This document shows positions 38,371 to 51,778 of a DNA stretch of 64,000 bases, in pieces (positions within the stretch are counted from its first letter, which is position 1; every line of letters begins with the position of its first letter). Under the pieces are notes generated by a model that was not told the DNA's origin, made no database searches, and was given only the letters and a program-made list of their open reading frames with translations. The translations under genes and the position numbers were made by a program. The stretch is from Octopus vulgaris (taxonomy: Eukaryota). The stretch spans positions 6,014,001 to 6,078,000 of the forward strand of contig CATOCA020000001.1 in the NCBI GenBank assembly GCA_951406725.2. The letters run 5' to 3'.

Positions 38371-40346
38371 AAATTCGGGGTGAGTACTTGATAATTATAA
38401 GCACCTGTGTATACCGTTTGGTGGTGTAGGTGGTGGAGTAAATTGATCAAAATAAAAACATGATGCCAAGGATTCAGCGGTACATATGTTTCGGGCCTTT
38501 ATTAGACAGATTTATAACAATGCATAATGTATGTCTGTGGCCTTCTTCAGCCGCGCACAACAGCTTCCACAAGGACTTGTGTTACATCAAAAATTCTTGG
38601 TTGGGGATGCAAATCCTCTCATTCGCGTACGACATAATGCGGCAACAGCATAGAATTGAAGCGTCCATCTCTTTCTTCTCTCAATGTAGAATGAGGAAAT
38701 TTGGATGTTGAAGTAATGTAAATAAATAAATACATATATAGACGTGAAGGTGGAGGGGCGAGAATTCAGGACGAGGGATAAAAAATGTATGTATAAAAAG
38801 TGTAAGTATAGAAAAATATAAAAATGTAGAGTATAAAGATATAAAGGGATATAAGGAGATGTAAAGGGGGTATAAAGAATATAAAGAAATATAAAGAAAT
38901 ATAAATGAATGTAAAGGCATAAGGTTATAAAGTAAATAAAAGTAAAAAGTAAAAAAATAAAAATAGGAATAAACATGATAAAAATGTAAAAATATAAAGA
39001 TAAGGGATGTATAGAGGTTACGGACCAAACATGGTGGTCAGGAGATTGATAAAGTTTAGTTGTAGAAGTTGTCTGGGGACCTAGTGTGTTGTAAATCAGA
39101 GCTATTGAGCGTTTAATCTAGTTCTTTGAATTAATTGGTCATCTTGTACATACATACCATCATGGATACATACACCCATATACACGCGCACATATACGCG
39201 CGCATACACGGCTCCAAGTCTATAAGCATACACACGCACTCACGTGTAAACATGTACATAAACACACATACACCCACACGCACGCGCGTACATATACATA
39301 CATACAACAGAATATCCGCATGTATACACGGACATTATACGTGTACACACCCATATATACATACGTGCGTCCATCCTTACATACACATACACATATGCCC
39401 ACGCTTCCAGGTTTAGATATAAGATATTAAAGGATGTATATAAGAACTTATGTAAAGAATCACGCACTCACGTCCACACGTGCACGCACACACGGCTGTG
39501 TGTCCATATGTGCGTGCACATATACACTTACATACACACACAGAGACATACGCGCATATGGGTATAGCTATAAGATATTAAAAGATGTATAGAAATAGGT
39601 GTAAACATATGAGTATAAGAAAACATGTAAAAAAATGTAAAGAAATACGGGGTATGCACATCCAGACGTAGATGTTTACTCGTACATATGTACACATATG
39701 TATACGTATACATACGTACACGGACGCTCGTATAATCATAAAGCTGATCCATAGGTAAGTAAATAAGGGATAAGCAAAAAAAATAGACATATATAGAGAT
39801 ATAAAGCGATAAGTTAGGGGTAAGAATGAGGGTAAGAGTAAAAATTAGAAATAAAAGTAAGAAATACAATATAAAATAAGAAATACAATGTAAAAGTTAG
39901 AAATGAAATATAAAAATTATAAAAATTATAAGAATTAAGATAAGGGATGAAAATAAAAATGAGAATAAAGGTAAAGCGAAGTAGAATAGGATAAAGCAAA
40001 ATAAAGGTAAAAATAAAAGTAAAAATAAAAATAAAAATAAAATAAAATAAAAATATAATCTGGTAAAGTTTAACACGAGATGAAGGTGGTTGAAAGTTAG
40101 AGGTGTGTGTTAAAGATGCCCACGTGGGGGCGGGCGGGGGGAACTGAAAATTGGAAGGGTGGGAAGTGGAGTTTGGCGGTGTGCGTTCAACATCCGAGTT
40201 AGAAATGTGAAAGGGTGTAGATATAGGGAAATAAAGAGACTATATAGGAAGGATATGGGTGTAGGAGAAGAAATATGTAGGGAAAAAAGACATATATGGG
40301 AGACAAAATGTGCATATATAGTAGGAAAATGCAGAGAAACATATAT

Positions 40347-40403
<57 letters not shown>

Positions 40404-41757
40404 CATATACGTACACACATGTGCACATACATATATATATATACGCACACATATACGCATATACACGCACATATAGGAAAGCGGGATGTGCTGGAGCCGA
40501 CAGGTTGCACCGGGTGGGAGGAAATTGCATGGGGGAGTTGGTATAATAACCTAAGCTTTGTAGTATTTGAAAGTATTAATAAGTTTGTGTATACAGGATG
40601 GTTTGAACTCTGACCTTTTGTTAATAAGATTGTGTTTGTCTTTGAATTTCAAGATGTTCAGGAGTTCTACACAACATAGTTGGCATCCTGCTCTATTATT
40701 TAAATAAGGTGCAGCTGATCCGATGATGGACCACCTGAGTTTGAAGCCTATGCATTTGTCTTTTAATTCCCAAATTTTTTTAGAAAGGGAGGTGCTGTTA
40801 GCCTTATGTCTGTGCTTCAGCGAGGACCGGTGGTTGTAGTATCTGGATTTCCAGGAGGTTGAGCAACCTATGTAGGTGAGTGTGTTAAACTGGGTACTCA
40901 CCTCACATGAATATATTACGTTTTTCGCCCTACATGCGCCCTGTAGCGAGCACTCTGATGCACATATGCAGTTGCATTGCATTGCATTATTCGGTCGTGT
41001 GCTGCTAATCCCAGGCGGAGGTGTTGCAATACGAGTGGGGGCGTTGATATCCTCCTGGTTGTTGATGGGTGTAGTATTTCCTCTGTTGTGTTGGCGGGTG
41101 TTATTACTAACTGTTTGGGTAATATGGCTGCCAGTCTGATTATATTGTCTACTATCTGGATGAGGGGGGTTCGGTTGGTCGCTATAGCTTGCTCTTGATC
41201 TAGCTGTTCTAATATTAATATAGTTATGTTTAGCTATGAGGCAGCTCATGTTGGGCAGGGTAGAGTAGGAAATCCTAATGGTTTTGTTGGAGAAGATACT
41301 TCTATACTTATGGGTGGGTGGGAAGTTGTTGGAAATGATAGAGAATATTCTCTTACATAACTTACACCTAACTGCTAAGTTGTATGGTATGTTGAACCAT
41401 ATATATTTGCGTAATCGACTATTATCCCTTCTATTTCTCCTAATAGGATCTATATTGCTCTCGTCGGGAGGGTTACTATTGTGTGCTATTCTATTAGTTC
41501 GCCTATTTCCTATACGTTGTTTGGAGTTTAAATTAGAATTATCGCTAGTGTGAGTTGAGTGTGGAGTTCGATTATAATTGGGAGTTTTATGGCCGACGGA
41601 CGTTCCCGGGTAGTCTACATATGATATTCTCTGGTTATACCCAGCACTATAGAGAGCCTGGTTGTAGTGTTGTGCGTGATTATTGAAAATTTCTCTATTA
41701 GAGGATAGTTTTGTAAGTCTGTCTGAGATGGCTTGGACCGTGGTGCTAATTATACAG
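38371..41757 (-). mobile_element. Inverted copy of the same Penelope-like element (3' portion)
   Basis: 38441-41757 is the reverse complement of 42189-45507; endonuclease ORF 41249-40551 is uninterrupted; this copy appears to run ~70 bp further and ends in (TA)n. Confidence 0.93.
38477..38554 (-). ncRNA. Minimal type-I hammerhead ribozyme (mirror copy)
   Basis: Reverse complement of 45394-45471. Confidence 0.82.
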
Positions 41758-43541
41758 AGAAAAAATTGACATAATACTATTAGCTAGAAAAACCATTATA
41801 GAATTCGACGGTAGACTTTGGACCAGATCCGATACCCCCGACAATTTTGATGTGGCTATGGGCTCGAGCGATTCAGCTCAGGTGACTGACTTGGTCGGGG
41901 CCTACCTGCTCAAGAAGCTTTTCTCCGAGGTACCGGATCTTCAGGGGGGTCTATACAGAGATGACGCTCTCTTCATATACCCCACCAACAATAGGAGTAA
42001 ACTAGAAAGAATTAGGAAAAAGATCAGGCTTTTTTCAAATCCTTCAATCTTAAACTAGAATTTATGACCAATAGTAAAATAGTAAACTTCTTAGATGTTA
42101 CGTTAGACTTGAATAAGCACCTCCACCACCCGTATAGGAAACCCGAAGAAACTACCAAATACATCCATACCTCTTCCAACCATCCACCCTGTATAATTAG
42201 CACCACGGGCCAAGCCATCTCAGACAGACTTACAAAACTATTCTCTATTAGAGAAATTTTCAATAATCACGCACAACACTACAACCAGGCTCTCTATAGT
42301 GCTGGGTATAACCAGAGAATATCATATGTAGACCACCTGGGAACGTCCGTCGGCCATAAAACTCCCAATTATAATCGAACTCCACACTCAACTCACACTA
42401 GCGATAATTCTAATTTAAACTCCAAACAACGTATAGGAAATAGGCGAACTAATAGAATAGCACACAATAGTAACCCTCCCGACGAGAGCAATATAGATCC
42501 TATTAGGAGAAATAGAAGGGATAATAGTCGATTACGCAAATATATATGGTTCAACATACCATACAACTTAGCAGTTAGGTGTAAGTTATGTAAGAGAATA
42601 TTCTCTATCATTTCCAACAACTTCCCACCCACCCATAAGTATAGAAGTATCTTCTCCAACAAAACCATTAGGATTTCCTACTCTACCCTGCCCAACATGA
42701 GCTGCCTCATAGCTAAACATAACTATATTAATATTAGAACAGCTAGATCAAGAGCAAGCTATAGCGACCAACCGAACCCCCTCATCCAGATAGTAGACAA
42801 TATAATCAGACTGGCAGCCATATTACCCAAACAGTTAGTAATAACACCCGCCAACACAACAGAGGAAATACTACACCCATCAACAACCAGGAGGATATCA
42901 ACGCCCCCACTCGTATTGCAACACCTCCGCCTGGGATTAGCAGCACACGACCGAATAATGCAATGCGATGCAACTGCATATGTGCATCAGAGTGCTCGCT
43001 ACAGGGCGCATGTAGGGCGAAAAACGTAATATATTCATGTGAGGTGAGTACCCAGTTTAACACACTCACCTACATAGGTTGCTCAACCTCCTGGAAATCC
43101 AGATACTACAACCACCGGTCCTCGCTGAAGCACAGACATAAGGCTAACAGCACCTCCCTTTCTAAAAAAATTTGGGAATTAAAAGACAAATGCATAGGCT
43201 TCAAACTCAGGTGGTCCATCATCGGATCAGCTGCACCTTATTTAAATAATAGAGCAGGATGCCAACTATGTTGTGTAGAACTCCTGAACATCTTGAAATT
43301 CAAAGACAAACACAATCTTATTAACAAAAGGTCAGAGTTCAAACCATCCTGTATACACAAACTTATTAATACTTTCAAATACTACAAAGCTTAGGTTATT
43401 ATACCAACTCCCCCATGCAATTTCCTCCCACCCGGTGCAACCTGTCGGCTCCAGCACATCCCGCTTTCCTATATGTGCGTGTATATGCGTATATGTGTGC
43501 GTATATATATATATGTATGTGCACATGTGTGTACGTATATG

Positions 43542-43587
<46 letters not shown>

Positions 43588-45507
43588 GGTGTGTGTATGT
43601 GCATATATGTTTCTCTGCATTTTCCTACTATATATGCACATTTTGTCTCCCATATATGTCTTTTTTCCCTACATATTTCTTCTCCTACACCCATATCCTT
43701 CCTATATAGTCTCTTTATTTCCCTATATCTACACCCTTTCACATTTCTAACTCGGATGTTGAACGCACACCGCCAAACTCCACTTCCCACCCTTCCAATT
43801 TTCAGTTCCCCCCGCCCGCCCCCACGTGGGCATCTTTAACACACACCTCTAACTTTCAACCACCTTCATCTCGTGTTAAACTTTACCAGATTATATTTTT
43901 ATTTTATTTTATTTTTATTTTTATTTTTACTTTTATTTTTACCTTTATTTTGCTTTATCCTATTCTACTTCGCTTTACCTTTATTCTCATTTTTATTTTC
44001 ATCCCTTATCTTAATTCTTATAATTTTTATAATTTTTATATTTCATTTCTAACTTTTACATTGTATTTCTTATTTTATATTGTATTTCTTACTTTTATTT
44101 CTAATTTTTACTCTTACCCTCATTCTTACCCCTAACTTATCGCTTTATATCTCTATATATGTCTATTTTTTTTGCTTATCCCTTATTTACTTACCTATGG
44201 ATCAGCTTTATGATTATACGAGCGTCCGTGTACGTATGTATACGTATACATATGTGTACATATGTACGAGTAAACATCTACGTCTGGATGTGCATACCCC
44301 GTATTTCTTTACATTTTTTTACATGTTTTCTTATACTCATATGTTTACACCTATTTCTATACATCTTTTAATATCTTATAGCTATACCCATATGCGCGTA
44401 TGTCTCTGTGTGTGTATGTAAGTGTATATGTGCACGCACATATGGACACACAGCCGTGTGTGCGTGCACGTGTGGACGTGAGTGCGTGATTCTTTACATA
44501 AGTTCTTATATACATCCTTTAATATCTTATATCTAAACCTGGAAGCGTGGGCATATGTGTATGTGTATGTAAGGATGGACGCACGTATGTATATATGGGT
44601 GTGTACACGTATAATGTCCGTGTATACATGCGGATATTCTGTTGTATGTATGTATATGTACGCGCGTGCGTGTGGGTGTATGTGTGTTTATGTACATGTT
44701 TACACGTGAGTGCGTGTGTATGCTTATAGACTTGGAGTCGTGTATGCGCGCGTATATGTGCGCGTGTATATGGGTGTATGTATCCATGATGGTATGTATG
44801 TACAAGATGACCAATTAATTCAAAGAACTAGATTAAATGCTCAACAGCTCTGATTTACAACACACTAGGTCCCCAGACAACTTCTACAACTAAACTTTAT
44901 CAATCTCCTGACCACCATGTTTGGTCCGTAACCTCTATACATCCCTTATCTTTATATTTTTACATTTTTATCATGTTTATTCCTATTTTTATTTTTTTAC
45001 TTTTTACTTTTATTTACTTTATAACCTTATGCCTTTACATTCATTTATATTTCTTTATATTTCTTTATATTCTTTATACCCCCTTTACATCTCCTTATAT
45101 CCCTTTATATCTTTATACTCTACATTTTTATATTTTTCTATACTTACACTTTTTATACATACATTTTTTATCCCTCGTCCTGAATTCTCGCCCCTCCACC
45201 TTCACGTCTATATATGTATTTATTTATTTACATTACTTCAACATCCAATTTCCTCATTCTACATTGAGAGAAGAAAGAGATGGACGCTTCAATTCTATGC
45301 TGTTGCCGCATTATGTCGTACGCGAATGAGAGGATTTGCATCCCCAACCAAGAATTTTTGATGTAACACATGTCCTTGTGGAAGCTGTTGTGCGCGGCTG
45401 AAGAAGGCCACAGACATACATTATGCATTGTTATAAATCTGTCTAATAAAGGCCCGAAACATATGTACCGCTGAATCCTTGGCATCATGTTTTTATTTTG
45501 ATCAATT
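41758..45507 (+). mobile_element. 5'-truncated Penelope-like element (Naiad-type): RT C-terminus + GIY-YIG endonuclease + ~2.1 kb 3' region with hammerhead
   Basis: RT motifs MGSSDSAQVTDLVG, LYRDD, VNFLDVTLDL, YRKP..YIHTSSNHPP; linker WFNIPYN..HKYRSIFSNKTIRISYS; endonuclease CNC..CSLQGAC..VIY..YIG..YNH..CQLC..LINKRSE..CIH. Stop at 43394. Two frameshifts, both in homopolymers (~42030 poly-T, ~42780 poly-C). Confidence 0.93.
45394..45471 (+). ncRNA. Minimal type-I hammerhead ribozyme in the PLE 3' region
   Basis: gcgg-CTGAAGA-a-ggcc[acaga..tctgt]ggcc-c-GAAA-C-atat-GTA-ccgc: stem I gcgg/ccgc, catalytic cores, very short palindromic stem III (ACATATGT), GUA cleavage triplet. Confidence 0.82.
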
Positions 45508-45510
45508 GTG

Positions 45511-45545
<35 letters not shown>

Positions 45546-46016
45546 CTTTTGTTTTCTGTAAATTTGTCTGTGTGTGTGTGTGTGTGTGTGTGCGTGTGGG
45601 TTGATGTACTTAAGTTTGGAATTTAAAACTATTTCTTGTGAAGGGTATCGACTTGTAACCTTTAATTAAGATCTTAATACATTAGCATTACGAAAGATGT
45701 TTTATGAATACATTTGTGTACACTACACACCGAGACAAAGGCCAGATGACTGCTTGTATATATTATACACACACATACATACATACATACGCATAGCAGA
45801 CTTAATACCATAGGCTAAGAGAAGAATAAGAGAGGGAGGAAATGGAGGAAGCGGAGGCATTGAAATAAACACTGGGTTTACAATTTGAAGTTCGGAAGTG
45901 TGGAAGTTGTAAAGAGAATTTATATGTATATAAAGAGAAAGAAAGCTAAAACAGCAAAAGGAGTGGGAGGGAGTTACAGTTACAGACGCTAAATACATGA
46001 AACTTGGCTTTATCAC

Positions 46017-46060
<44 letters not shown>

Positions 46061-46074
46061 TTATATTCATTTTT

Positions 46075-46410
46075 AAAAGTCTTTTACATGTTTCAGGCAT
46101 TTGACAGCGACCATTCTGTAGCACTGCCTTGAAGGGTTCTAGTTGAACAAATCGACCCCCGGAAATTTTTTCAGCCTAGTACTTATTATATCGGTATCAT
46201 TAAGCAAACCTCAAAATTATGGGGATGTAAACACACCAACAACGGTTGTCAATCGATGAGGAAGAGTACAAATAAACACACACGGATATATAAATATGTG
46301 ACGGGTTTCTTTCACTTCCCATCTAACAAATTCAATCTCAAGGCTGCAAGGAATTGAACGCAGAACCATGTGTTGGGGAAGCAAGCTTCTTACCACACAG
46401 CCATTCCTGT
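46075..46410 (-). mobile_element. Older SINE family A copy (further fragments at ~19165-19380, 22310-22370, 55030-55195, 55640-55940, 58975-59265)
   Basis: Degenerate match to the family A head and tail. Confidence 0.7.
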
Positions 46411-46779
46411 GACTATATACACAGATATATACATATATGAATTTTGTAGTGTCCAGGGAGTCATTATGCCAATATCATTAACACACGCACTGGTTCGATT
46501 CCACTTCTTTATTGTTTGTCAATATTAAATTCATTTGTTTTCAAAATATTTTCTTTTCTAAGATGAACATAATTTTTGCACAATTCATCGATGAACGAAA
46601 TGTAAAGAAATATACAGGCACGAACACACATTTACCAACTCACACACACACACACACACAAGCACATGCATTGGTGTATATAAATATGTATGCCTATGTA
46701 TGAGTGTATACACATACATACACATACGTGCATATAGATGTATAATGATAAATGAAAATTTATTGAACCGATTTTTATG

Positions 46780-47240
46780 AAGTTTGGTAAACGAATGAAA
46801 TAAAGTCACGTGATTGAATTTAGAAACAACAAAAATGAATTGCATGTTACGGGATTTATTGTGGATTTTTTAAAGATATTTTACTTCAGAACATTCAGTA
46901 TGATGCGTAGAAGACAACATAACATTTTTCAATCATCTGAAGCTCAAAGCTCCCGAAGTTGAAGGTCTATGGAGACACAAGAAGAAAGGCAGGACAGGCA
47001 CGGAGACAAAGAAATGTCGTAGAGACACAACAGCAACAGGAAGTAAAACATCAGTTTCAAACAACTAGGCAAGCCTACTGGAGGGAACAAGAGACACCAG
47101 AGGGGAAACGACAGAGGCTGGAGTCTCAAGCCATTAGAAAAGCCAGCTTAAGAGGATATACGTTAACGGAACAACTTCAAAGTAACGCAGATAGAAATGC
47201 CTGCTCCAGAGAACAGGAAACATCAAAGTAACGACAAGTC
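46780..47240 (+). mobile_element. Possible Helitron N-terminal coding remnant
   Basis: ORF 46959-47231 with repeated ETQQQQ/ETPEGKRQRLE/EQETS units similar to Helitron STPR-like repeats. Confidence 0.4.
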
Positions 47241-47495
47241 AAGTTGGAATTTAAAACTTTATCTTTTGGAGAGGAGCGACTAGTAACCTTTAACTAAGAT
47301 CTTAATACATAAGCATTACGATAGATGTTTTATGAATACATTTGTGTACATTACACGCCGAGACAAAAGCTGGGTGACTGCTAGTATATATTACACACAC
47401 ATACACATAGTAGACTTAATAACATAGGCTAAGAGAAGAATAAGAGAGGGAGGAAATGGAGGCAGCATAGGCCTTGAAATAAACACTGGGTCTAA

Positions 47496-47720
47496 TTGAG
47501 GGAAAATAAGTTGAAAAACAGCATCAGAAGATCTGACCTCTCTGGTTTGTTTCAATTCAAAAGTGGTCAACCAGATCTGAAGTCTTGTGAAGCCACATAC
47601 ATTAGATCAACTAGAAGACAGATTCACCACAGACTGAGAAAGCATTTCCTCAAGACCACACCACCCGGGGCTTTATTCTAACAATGTCAATATTGCCAAG
47701 GGAAATATCGCACCAGGATT
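47496..47720 (+). mobile_element. Degenerate GIY-YIG fragment of another Penelope-like element
   Basis: SGLFQFKS..SCEATYIRSTRRQIHHRLRKH resembles the PLE motif GVVYKFxC..CxATYIGETxRxLxxRxxEH. Confidence 0.5.
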
Positions 47721-47739
47721 ATAGAAAGAGGCGTAGATG

Positions 47740-48085
47740 ATGGAAGCACTCCGTCGGTTACGACGACGAGGGTTCCGGTTGATCCGATCAACGGAACAGC
47801 CTGCTCGTGAAATTAACGTGTAAGTGACTGAGCACTCCACAGACACGTGTACCCTTAACGTAGTTCTCGGGGATATTCAGCGTGATACAGTGAGTGACAA
47901 GTTCGGCCCTTTGAAATACAAGTACAACAGAAATAGGAAGTAAGAGTGAGAGAAAGTTGTGGTGAAAGAGTACAGCAGGGATCACCACCATCCCTGCCAG
48001 AGCCTCGTGGAGCTTTAGGTGTTTTCGCTCAATAAACACTCACAACGCCCGGTCTGGGTATCGAAACCGCGATCCGACGACCGCT
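47740..48085 (-). mobile_element. tRNA-derived SINE (head 2 + tail C)
   Basis: ggtttcgataccc B-box, attgagcgaaaacacctaaagctccacgaggc; tail C. Confidence 0.8.
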
Positions 48086-48393
48086 GATATCAACCACTGA
48101 ATGACAAAGATCCACTTCTTTAGAAGCACAGCACAAAGTTTGAAGCTCTGAAGTGAGCTAGACGAATGGAACCATTTACTGCATTCATGAATATTAATCG
48201 GTACTTGTCAATTATACACATAAAATTAAAATTAATGTAAAATATCTCCTTTTTTTAGCTGAAGGCAGAAATTTATTGTAGAGATTGCATTAAATTATAT
48301 GAAGAAAATAGAGTTTATATTTTTTTTATTCCTGTAAAATTGACTTACAAATTAAAATATTTCCTTGAAATACAAAATTACATCAGGTATAAA

Positions 48394-48787
48394 CTTTATA
48401 TATAAAAGCAAGGTTGTGTGTCTGCCTCCTACGATTTAGATTCCTAACTACTCCCACATTTTGCGGTGCAGTTTAACCAAAACCGGGTATCTTATAGTCG
48501 TGATTCATATCGAGCCCTTCTGGGTATTAGCGCGCGTCTACGATGAGTCTACGATTTAAAAATAATTTACCATCATTTTTTCCATTTTAATGCATTTTTT
48601 CGCTATTATATAAGGGAAGTAACTCTCTAAAAATGTCTACGATGAGTCAACGATTTTTAAAAATATTTATCATCATTTTTTTCCCATTTTTAATGCATTT
48701 TTTTGCTATTTTTTGGCTATAACTCTCTAAAGATGCTTTATAGTTATTTCCCTTACAAACCCAAGCAACGCCGGGCGATACTGCTAG
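48394..48787 (+). mobile_element. Non-autonomous Helitron
   Basis: 5' ctttatatataaaag, subterminal hairpin cccaagcaacgccggg, 3' CTAG followed by T; internal duplication (ctacgatgagtc..ttttaatgcatttttt). Confidence 0.8.
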
Positions 48788-48927
48788 TTAGGTATAATTT
48801 TCTTCCTTTAAATTTCCTGACATATATTTATTTCAACCTTTCTATTCTTATAAAAATGCAGGACACATTTTTATAGTTTATATAATGGCTTGAGAAAAAC
48901 ATAAATGGGAATAGAAGAGCATTTGTA

Positions 48928-48988
<61 letters not shown>

Positions 48989-48993
48989 TCATC

Positions 48994-49039
<46 letters not shown>

Positions 49040-49692
49040 CATTTGTATGTGCATATATATAAATATATATATATACATATATTGGTAAAAACGGTAAGAT
49101 GACAAAAGAAATAAAGATACCTCAATATTATGTAAATAGAGGAAATTCTCTATAAAATATGTTACAATTACTCAATAGAATATTCTATGTAATATGCGTG
49201 CATATTAATTTTTTCTGTGTGTAGGAGTCCTCAACCGATGTTAGGCGATAAACCAAATATGCCGTATTAGCTCTTAGTGAATATATATATATAAATGCAC
49301 AAATAATTTACATTATGAAAACATGCTATAAATTAATAATTACTGACTAATTAGAGTAGAAATACGTACATGACTTTAAAAAAATATTTGGGTTTATATG
49401 ATTGATTAAACACCCAAGTCTAAGCTCCAGCGTGGCCACAACCCAATGCTTTAAATAATAAAACGCATGACCCACATATCATATGTATAACTTGAAATCT
49501 CTCCACCACCAACACCGTTTAGTCTCTTAATCTCTCTCTCCCTCTCTCCCTCTCTTTCTCACTCTATAAACGACAAACCTACTTTTCAATTATTATTCAC
49601 CTCTTTCTCCTCTACAAATCTACACTTTTATATAATCATTTTATTTCCTCATCTATTCTACTGGTAATTCCAGAGAAATCAAACATAATTTC

Positions 49693-51392
49693 CTATTCTA
49701 CTCTCGGTACAAGACCCGAAATTTTGGAGGAGGAGGCCAGTCGATTAGGTCGACCCCAGTACGTAACTGGTACTCAATTTATCGACCACGAAAGGATGGA
49801 AGGCAAAATTGACCTCGGCGGAATTTGACTTCAGAACGTAAAGACAGACAAAATACCGCTTAGCATTTCGTAAATTTTTTTTCTTTCCCACAAGGGGACA
49901 ACACAGAGGGGACAGTACACTCTGATATGGGGTCAGATTTAACGTATGAATCGACACAAAGATGGATTTTAAAATTTTACATAAATATGAAGAGTTCGGA
50001 TGATAAAATATACAACATTACAGAATAGAGTGGGGGGACGGGATATGCGTGGACCCCACGAGCGCTGCCTCCCCACTGATGCTTTGGGTTCATCCTGCAT
50101 TGTATTCATGCAGTTCCATCCGTACCCAGCTTTCGGGCGACATTCTTCCATCGATCTTGAAACATTTTCGCGGACAGGCATTTTCTCTCAAACCCTATTT
50201 TCCTTCTGAGGTGGAAGGTGGAGAAATTAAACAACCCAGGGCTAGAGATATAATACCTATTATTAACCCTATTCTTAATTCACACAGCAGTTTAGAGACT
50301 CCGCCGTTCGTGCATAATAAACTTTATAATCATTCTAAACAATAAGGCGGCGAGCTGGCTGAAACGTTAGCACGCCGAGCGAAATGCGCAGCCGTATTTC
50401 GTTTGCCGTTACGTTCTGAGTTCAAATTCCGCCGAGGTCGCCTTTGCCTTTCATCGTTTCTAGGTCGATAAATTAAGTACCAGTTACGCACTGGGGTCAA
50501 TATAATCGATTTAATCCGTTTGTCTGTCCTTGTTTGTCCCCTCTGTGTTTAGTCCCTTGAGGGTAGTAAAGAAATAGGTATTTTATCTGCCGCTACAGTC
50601 TGAGTTCAAATTCCGTCTAGGTCGACTTTGTCTTCCATAATTTGGGCTCGATTAAATAAGTACCAGTTACGCACTAGGGTCGATATAATCGATTAACCCC
50701 CTTCCCCACATATTTTCAAGTCCTTGTGCCAAGAGAAGAAATAATAATTCTAGACAACATGAAATAATCCTCAGAAGACATCCATCTGATAGATAATATT
50801 TAAGATTGCTAGAAATCATATTTAATGCATTCCACATCAAAATGTTAACATAGGATAAAGAAGTGGAGAGAGAAATGTATGCAGTCACCCACTTTTTGAA
50901 TGTTTAAACAATTCATATTCTTTCCTACAAGATATAAATATTATTTAAAATACGAGAACAATTACATTTAGATGCAAAATTTAAGAAATATTCTTTTCTA
51001 CTCAAGACACAAGGCCCCAGATTTGGGGCGAAGTGGCCAGTAGATAAGTGTAATACCAGTACGCGACCAGTTCGAAAGGATGAAAGGTAAAGTCGACCTC
51101 GGCGGAATTTGAACTCAGAAAATAAAGACAGACGAAACATCGCTAAGTGTTTCGCCCGGTGTGCTAACGTTTCTGCCAAGCTAGCTGCCTTTTCTTTTCT
51201 ACGATAGGCACAAGGCGAGGGGACCAGTTGATTGGATCGACACCAGTATGCAACTGGTATTTAATTCATCGACCCCAAAAGGATAAAGGGTAAAGTCAAC
51301 CTCGGTGGAATTTGAACTCAGAACGTAAAGACGGACGAAATGCGTTGCAGCATTTCGTCCGGCGTGCTAACGTTTCTGCCAGCTCACGCCTT
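49693..51392. mobile_element. Cluster of SINE family B copies in both orientations (49693-49870 -, 50345-50740 +, 50990-51190 -, 51190-51392 -)
   Basis: Repeated gtcgacctcggcggaatttgaactcagaacg core; further copies at ~17900-18290 and 53320-53510. Confidence 0.8.
49985..50240 (-). mobile_element. Possible Tx1/L1-type LINE 3' fragment
   Basis: RKIGFERKCLSAKMFQDRWKNVAR resembles the Tx1 ORF2 terminal F..W motif, followed by UTR-like sequence. Confidence 0.4.
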
Positions 51393-51722
51393 AAATTAAA
51401 TAAAAATTATTTTCTACTCTAGGCACAAGGGGAGGGAGCCTGATGCTCGAGAAAAATTTAAAACTCTTGTACATATATACATACATATATACATACATAT
51501 ATACATACATACTTACATACATACATACATACATAAATACATACATACTTACATACATACATACTTACATACATACATACATATATATATATATATAAAG
51601 TTAATCCAAACAAGAAAGCACATAAAACACAACAACGAAAGGACGTGGAACAAATATAGTATTATTGGACGCTCAGGAAAGAAGGAAAGATCCAGAGAAA
51701 GGAAGACAGAGGGAAAAAAATC

Positions 51723-51778
<56 letters not shown>

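Larger units (their letters stand above)
45612..47491 (+). repeat. Diverged ~260 bp direct repeat pair (45612-45878 / 47241-47491)
   Basis: Shared aagatcttaatacat..gatgttttatgaatacatttgtgtaca..taggctaagagaagaataagagagggaggaaatggagg..ttgaaataaacactggg. Confidence 0.85.

Noticed and set aside
41758-43394. Possible selenoprotein (UGA-recoding) Naiad
   Set aside because: Some Naiads are described as selenoproteins, but I found no in-frame TGA in the reconstructable ORF here, and I cannot support a SECIS
49560-49690. Possible 5' UTR exon of the ANK-RING-DD gene (gtaggt donor on the minus strand)
   Set aside because: A donor-like motif alone is insufficient without transcript evidence
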